From Ranitomeya imitator (taxonomy: Eukaryota): a DNA stretch of 64,000 nucleotides. The notes under the pieces were generated by a model, which worked only from the letters and a program-made list of their open reading frames with translations, was not told the origin of the DNA and searched no databases. Each line of letters begins with the position of its first letter. Position 1 is the first letter of the stretch. This document shows, piece by piece, positions 58,532 to 64,000 of this stretch. The stretch covers positions 372,062,001 through 372,126,000 of the forward strand of contig NC_091283.1 of the NCBI RefSeq assembly GCF_032444005.1, given 5' to 3'. The translations under genes were made by a program, and so were the position numbers.

Positions 58532-61500
58532 ATGGATATTCAGGCTCTGTGCTCCTCAATGGATAATCTCGTTGTAAATGTACAAAAGATTCAAGATACT
58601 ATTGATCAGAAATCGATGCTAGAACCAAGAATTCCGATTCCTGATTTGTTTTTTGGTGACAGAACTAAGTTCCTGAGCTTCAGAAATAATTGTAAGCTAT
58701 TTTTGGCCTTGAAACCTCATTCTTCTGGTAATCCTATTCAACAGGTTTTGATTATTATTTCTTTTTTGCGCGGCGACCCACAGGACTGGGCGTTTTCTCT
58801 TGCACCAGGAGATTCTGCATTGAGTAATGTTGATGCATTTTTCCAGGCGCTGGGATTGCTTTACGATGAGCCTAATTCAGTGGATCAAGCTGAGAAAAAT
58901 CTGCTGGCTTTATGCCAGGGTCAGGATGATGTAGAAGTATATTGTCAGAAATTTAGAAAATGGTCAGTACTCACTCTGTGGAATGAATCTGCACTAGCGG
59001 CTTTGTTCAGAAAGGGTCTCTCTGAAGCTCTTAAGGATGTAATGGTGGGATTTCCTATGCCTGCTGGTTTGAATGAGTCTATGTCCTTGGCCATTCAGAT
59101 CGGTCGTCGCTTGCGCGAGCGTAAATCTGTGCACCATCTGGCGGTATTGTCTGAGAGTAAGCCTGAGCCTATGCAGTGCGACAGGACTATGACTAAAGTA
59201 GAACGGCACGAACACAGACGTCTGAACAGACTGTGTTTCTATTGTGGTGATTCTACTCATGCTATTTCTAATTGTCCTAAACGCACTAGGCGGTTCGATA
59301 GCTCTGCCGTTATTGGTACTGTACAGTCCAAATTCCTTTTGTCCATTACCTTAATGTGCTCTTTGTCATCATATTCTGTCATGGCGTTTGTGGATTCAGG
59401 CGCTGCCCTGAATCTGATGGATTTGGATTATGCTAAACGTTGTGGATTTTTCTTGGAGCCCTTGCGGTGTCCTATTCCGTTGAGAGGAATTGATGCTACA
59501 CCTCTGGCCAAGAATAAGCCTCAGTACTGGGCCCAGCTGACCATGTGCATGGCTCCTGCACATCAGGAAGTTATTCGCTTTTTGGTACTGCATAATTTGC
59601 ATGATGTGGTCGTGTTGGGGTTGCCATGGCTACAAACCCATAATCCAGTATTGGATTGGAACTCTATGTCGGTAACCAGCTGGGGTTGTCAGGGAGTACA
59701 TGGTGATGTTCCATTTTTGTCTATTTCGTCATCCATTCCTTCTGACATCCCAGAGTTCTTGTCGGACTTTCAGGATGTATTTGAAGAGTCCAAGTCTGAT
59801 GCCCTTCCTCCGCATAGGAATTGTGATTGTGCTATCGATTTGATTCCTGGTAGTAAATTCCCTAAGGGTCGTTTATTTAATTTGTCCGTACCTGAACACA
59901 CCGCTATGCGCAGTTATGTGAAGGAGTCCCTGGAGAAGGGACATATTCGCCCATCGTCGTCACCATTGGGAGCAGGGTTCTTTTTTGTAGCCAAGAAGGA
60001 TGGTTCGCTAAGACCGTGTATTGATTACCGCCTTCTTAATAAGATCACTGTTAAGTTTCAGTATCCCTTGCCATTGATTTCTGACTTGTTTGCTCGGATT
60101 AAGGGGGCTAGTTGGTTTACTAAGATTGATCTTCGTGGTGCGTATAATCTGGTGAGAATCAGGCAGGGAGATGAATGGAAAACGGCATTTAATACGCCCG
60201 AGGGTCATTTTGAGTATCTGGTGATGCCGTTCGGACTTGCCAATGCTCCATCTGTTTTTCAGTCTTTTATGCATGACATTTTCCGTGAGTATCTGGATAA
60301 ATTCTTGATTGTTTACTTGGATGACATTTTGATCTTCTCAGATGATTGGGAGTCTCATGTGAAGCAAGTCAGAATGGTTTTCCAGGTACTGCGTGCTAAT
60401 TCCTTGTTCGTGAAGGGATCAAAGTGTCTCTTCGGTGTGCAGAAAGTTTCATTTTTGGGGTTCATCTTTTCCCCTTCTACTATCGAGATGGATCCGGTTA
60501 AGGTTCAGGCCATCCAGGATTGGACTCAGCCGACATCTCTAAAAAGTTTGCAGAAATTCCTGGGCTTTGCTAATTTTTATCGTCGCTTCATCTGTAATTT
60601 TTCTAGCATTGCCAGACCATTGACCGATTTGACCAAGAAGGGTGCTGATTTGGTTAATTGGTCTTCTGCTGCCGTGGAAGCTTTTCAGGAGTTGAAGCGT
60701 CGTTTTTGCTGTGCCCCTGTGTTGTGTCAACCTGATGTTTCTCTTCCGTTCCAGGTCGAGGTTGATGCTTCTGAGATTGGTGCAGGGGCGGTTTTGTCAC
60801 AGAGAGGTTCTGGTTGCTCAGTGTTCAAACCATGTGCTTTCTTTTCCAGGAAATTTTCTGCTGCTGAGCGTAATTATGATGTGGGCAACCGAGAGTTGCT
60901 GGCCATGAAGTGGGCATTCGAGGAGTGGCGTCATTGGCTTGAGGGTGCTAAGCATCGCGTGGTGGTTTTGACTGATCATAAGAACCTTACTTATCTTGAG
61001 TCTGCCAAGCGCTTGAATCCTAGACAGGCCCGTTGGTCGTTATTTTTTGCTCGTTTTGATTTTGTGGTTTCATACCTTCCGGGCTCTAAAAATGTGAAGG
61101 CGGATGCTCTGTCTAGGAGTTTTGTGCCCGACTCTCCGGGGTTATCTGAGCCGGCGAGTATCCTCAAGGAAGGAGTCATTGTGTCTGCCATCTCCCCTGA
61201 TTTGCGGAGAGTGTTGCAGAAATTTCAGGCTAATAAACCTGATCGTTGTCCGGCCGAGAAATTGTTCGTCCCTGATAGGTGGACTAGTAAAGTTATCTCT
61301 GAACTTCATTGTTCGGTGCTGGCCGGTCATCCAGGAATCTTTGGTACCAGGGAGTTGGTTGCTAGATCCTTCTGGTGGCCATCTCTGTCACGGGATGTGC
61401 GTGCTTTTGTGCAGTCCTGTGGAATTTGTGCTAGGGCTAAGCCCTGCTGTTCACGTGCCAGTGGGTTGCTTTTGCCCTTGCCGGTCCCGAAGAGGCCTTG

Positions 61501-62713
61501 GACACATATTTCGATGGATTTCATTTCTGACCTTCCCGTTTCTCAAAAGATGTCTGTCATTTGGGTGGTCTGTGATCGCTTTTCTAAAATGGTCCATCTG
61601 GTGCCCTTGGTTAAATTGCCTTCCTCCTCTGATTTGGTGCCTTTGTTCTTCCAGCATGTGGTTCGTTTACATGGCATTCCTGAGAATATTGTTTCTGACA
61701 GAGGTTCCCAGTTTGTCTCGAGGTTCTGGCGAGCCTTTTGTGGTAGGATGGGCATTGACCTATCTTTTTCCTCGGCCTTCCATCCTCAGACTAATGGCCA
61801 GACCGAACGAACCAATCAGACCTTGGAAACATATCTGAGATGTTTTGTTTCCGCTGACCAGGATGATTGGGTGTCATTTTTGCCGTTGGCTGAGTTCGCC
61901 CTTAATAATCGGGCCAGCTCGGCTACCTTGGTCTCTCCATTTTTCTGCAATTCTGGGTTCCATCCTCGTTTCTCTTCAGGACAGGTTGAGTCTTCGGACT
62001 GTCCTGGTGTGGATTATGTGGTGGACAGGTTGCAGCAGATCTGGACTCAGGTAGTGGACAATTTGACCTTGTCCCAGGAGAAGGCTCAGCTTTTCGCTAA
62101 TCGCAGACGCCGTGTGGGACCCCGACTTCGTGTTGGGGATCTGGTTTGGTTATCTTCTCGTCATATACCTATGAAGGTTTCCTCTCCTAAATTTAAACCT
62201 CGTTTTATTGGTCCGTATAGGATTTCTGAGATTCTCAATCCGGTGTCTTTTCGTCTGACCCTCCCAGACTCCTTTTCCATACATAATGTATTCCATAGGT
62301 CGTTGTTGAGGAGATACGTGGCACCTATGGTTCCATCTGTGGAGCCTCCTGCCCCTGTTTTGGTGGAGGGGGAATTGGAGTATATTGTGGAGAAGATTTT
62401 GGATTCTCGTGTCTCTAGACGGAAACTCCAGTATCTGGTCAAATGGAAGGGTTATGCTCAGGAAGATAATTCCTGGGTTTTTGCCTCTGATGTCCATGCC
62501 CCAGATCTTGTTCGTGCCTTTCATGTGGCTCATCCTGGTCGGCCTGGGGGTTCTGGTGAGGGTTCGGTGACCCCTCCTCAAGGGGGGGGTACTGTTGTGA
62601 ATTCTGTGGCTGAGTTCACTTCTGTGGTCACAAGTGGTATTGCAGTCTCTGGGCTTCCTCCCTCAGGTGTTTTGGTGAGCTCGTTGGCTGCCTTGCTATT
62701 TAGCTCCACCTGA
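58532..62713 (+). CDS. Single gag-pol polyprotein: Gag, CCHC knuckle, protease, RT, RNase H, integrase, chromodomain
   Basis: Open frame 58385-62713, with likely start MDIQAL at 58532. Motifs CFYCGDSTHAISNC, FVDSGA, YLDD, HHCC and DDE integrase, GPY, EYIVEKILDSR...YLVKWKGY...SW. The stop lies about 120 nt inside the 3' LTR. Confidence 0.95.
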   Translation: MDIQALCSSMDNLVVNVQKIQDTIDQKSMLEPRIPIPDLFFGDRTKFLSFRNNCKLFLALKPHSSGNPIQQVLIIISFLRGDPQDWAFSLAPGDSALSNVDAFFQALGLLYDEPNSVDQAEKNLLALCQGQDDVEVYCQKFRKWSVLTLWNESALAALFRKGLSEALKDVMVGFPMPAGLNESMSLAIQIGRRLRERKSVHHLAVLSESKPEPMQCDRTMTKVERHEHRRLNRLCFYCGDSTHAISNCPKRTRRFDSSAVIGTVQSKFLLSITLMCSLSSYSVMAFVDSGAALNLMDLDYAKRCGFFLEPLRCPIPLRGIDATPLAKNKPQYWAQLTMCMAPAHQEVIRFLVLHNLHDVVVLGLPWLQTHNPVLDWNSMSVTSWGCQGVHGDVPFLSISSSIPSDIPEFLSDFQDVFEESKSDALPPHRNCDCAIDLIPGSKFPKGRLFNLSVPEHTAMRSYVKESLEKGHIRPSSSPLGAGFFFVAKKDGSLRPCIDYRLLNKITVKFQYPLPLISDLFARIKGASWFTKIDLRGAYNLVRIRQGDEWKTAFNTPEGHFEYLVMPFGLANAPSVFQSFMHDIFREYLDKFLIVYLDDILIFSDDWESHVKQVRMVFQVLRANSLFVKGSKCLFGVQKVSFLGFIFSPSTIEMDPVKVQAIQDWTQPTSLKSLQKFLGFANFYRRFICNFSSIARPLTDLTKKGADLVNWSSAAVEAFQELKRRFCCAPVLCQPDVSLPFQVEVDASEIGAGAVLSQRGSGCSVFKPCAFFSRKFSAAERNYDVGNRELLAMKWAFEEWRHWLEGAKHRVVVLTDHKNLTYLESAKRLNPRQARWSLFFARFDFVVSYLPGSKNVKADALSRSFVPDSPGLSEPASILKEGVIVSAISPDLRRVLQKFQANKPDRCPAEKLFVPDRWTSKVISELHCSVLAGHPGIFGTRELVARSFWWPSLSRDVRAFVQSCGICARAKPCCSRASGLLLPLPVPKRPWTHISMDFISDLPVSQKMSVIWVVCDRFSKMVHLVPLVKLPSSSDLVPLFFQHVVRLHGIPENIVSDRGSQFVSRFWRAFCGRMGIDLSFSSAFHPQTNGQTERTNQTLETYLRCFVSADQDDWVSFLPLAEFALNNRASSATLVSPFFCNSGFHPRFSSGQVESSDCPGVDYVVDRLQQIWTQVVDNLTLSQEKAQLFANRRRRVGPRLRVGDLVWLSSRHIPMKVSSPKFKPRFIGPYRISEILNPVSFRLTLPDSFSIHNVFHRSLLRRYVAPMVPSVEPPAPVLVEGELEYIVEKILDSRVSRRKLQYLVKWKGYAQEDNSWVFASDVHAPDLVRAFHVAHPGRPGGSGEGSVTPPQGGGTVVNSVAEFTSVVTSGIAVSGLPPSGVLVSSLAALLFSST

Positions 62714-64000
62714 GTCTGTCTTCCTTGCTCCTTGTCAATGTTCCAGTGTTGGATCTGAGCTACTGCATCTTTCCTTGGGCCTGCTGCTCTGCTAGATAAG
62801 TGCTTCTAGTTTGATTTCTGTTTTTTCTGTCCAGCTTGCAATTAACTTTTGCTGGAAGCTCTGAGAAGCAAAGGGGTGCACCGCCGTGCTGTTAGTTCGG
62901 CACGGTGGGTCTTTTGCCCCTTTGCGTGGTTTTCGTTTTAGGGTTTTTTGTAGACTGCATAGTTCTCTTTGCTATCCTCGCTCTGTCTAGAATATCGGGC
63001 CTCACTTTGCTGAATCTATTTCATTCCTACGTTTGTCTTTTCATCTTGCTAACAGTCATTATATGTGGGGGGCTGCCTATTCCTTTGGGGTATTTCTCTG
63101 AGGTAAGTCAGGCTTGTATTTCTATCTTCAGGCTAGTCAGCTCCTCAGGCAGTGCCGAGTTGCATAGGTAGTGATAGGCGCAATCCACTGCTGCTTCCAG
63201 TTGTGTGAGGATAGATCAGGTACTGCAGTCTACAGAGATTCCACGTCTCAGAGCTCGTCCTATTGTTTTGGGTTATTGCCAGATCTCTGTATGTGCGCTG
63301 ATTACTGCACGCTGTGTTGCCTGATTGCCAGCCATAACACTTCTCCAAAGCGGTCGGCGCCATTTGTAAATCAGCAACATCCGCCATCTTTACTTCTTTT
63401 GCAGTGGTCCACTGCTCTGTCTCTGTCATCCGCATGCAATGCTGTAACGGCGGGCAACAAAGCACAAGTCCCAAATTCACACTCATCAATCTTCAAATTG
63501 CTGTCAGCTGACAGCTCCATTTCTTCCAGCTCAGGCAGCATATCACACATTTCAGATTCATAGTCCAGGTCAGCTGCCATCTCTAATTCTTCTATGGCGG
63601 TCACTTCAAATCACAAGTCCTTAGGCTGCGGGGGTCCATCCTGCCAACTAGGCCAAGTGTAACAAGGGGCACCAGGGTGGTAGGTCCGGACCAAGCTCAC
63701 CCACTAAACACAGTCTGTAGACATCCCCGCCCCTTGTACATGCAATCTGGGATGGATTCAGCCTTTCCCCCAAAAAGAGTTACCTTCTCTGTTCTGGTTG
63801 CAGCAGTCCAAGCGATTAATACTCCAGAAAGACAGCTGTTCTCCAACAGGGAAAAGAACGTAACTTTTAATAAACAGGAATAGAGTAGAATAACAGAAGA
63901 ATACAGCACTGAGATTCCTGATCTCTCCCTGACACGCTTCACAGCTGCACCCACAGAAGCTGAAGCAGCCACAGATAGACAGTAGTCCACACGCAGGGAT

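Larger units (their letters stand above)
57653..63339 (+). mobile_element. Full-length young Ty3/Gypsy chromovirus (5687 bp)
   Basis: 747-bp LTRs 57653-58399 and 62593-63339 (TGTT...AACA) with one difference seen (T57900 / A62840). CTTCTC on both flanks. PPT 62581-62589. Confidence 0.97.

Noticed and set aside
63371-63990. Short minus-strand ORFs at the right edge (77 and 97 aa) and the 50-aa frame restored across the Gypsy site
   Set aside because: No domain, no splice pattern matching the zinc-finger genes, and lengths within chance expectation.

Overview
Eukaryotic (vertebrate) DNA, most likely from a frog; this is inferred from the amphibian FAX/KRAB-type C2H2 zinc-finger genes and frog-like repeat families. 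Two intact, paralogous, six-coding-exon zinc-finger genes lie on the minus strand: gene A at 3659-12542 (624 aa, 12 fingers) and gene B at 51948-54630 (462 aa, 7 fingers). Most of the rest is transposon-derived. Between the genes is a 25-kb nest whose boundaries are all fixed by target-site duplications (TSDs). A Penelope-like element (PLE-A, 13-bp TSD) contains a Tc1 element (TA TSD). The Tc1 contains a 16-kb hAT element (8-bp TSD, intact 1191-aa BED-finger transposase, about 9.5 kb of internal satellite including a 362-bp higher-order repeat) and a second Penelope-like element (PLE-B, 14-bp TSD, inverted terminal copy). At the right end is a very young chromodomain Ty3/Gypsy element (LTRs differ at one base, single open gag-pol ORF). 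It has no tRNA-type primer-binding site, but a 9-nt segment after the 5' LTR is complementary to its predicted transcript start, which suggests Tf1-like self-priming. Other features: seven hammerhead-ribozyme-like motifs (two with a compensatory U3-A8 core), a near-perfect 426-bp tandem array bounded by a 13-bp direct repeat, a minisatellite-filled Helitron-like element, Harbinger elements and MITEs, an L2 LINE 3' end and solo LTRs. All calls were made by eye and no database searches were run.
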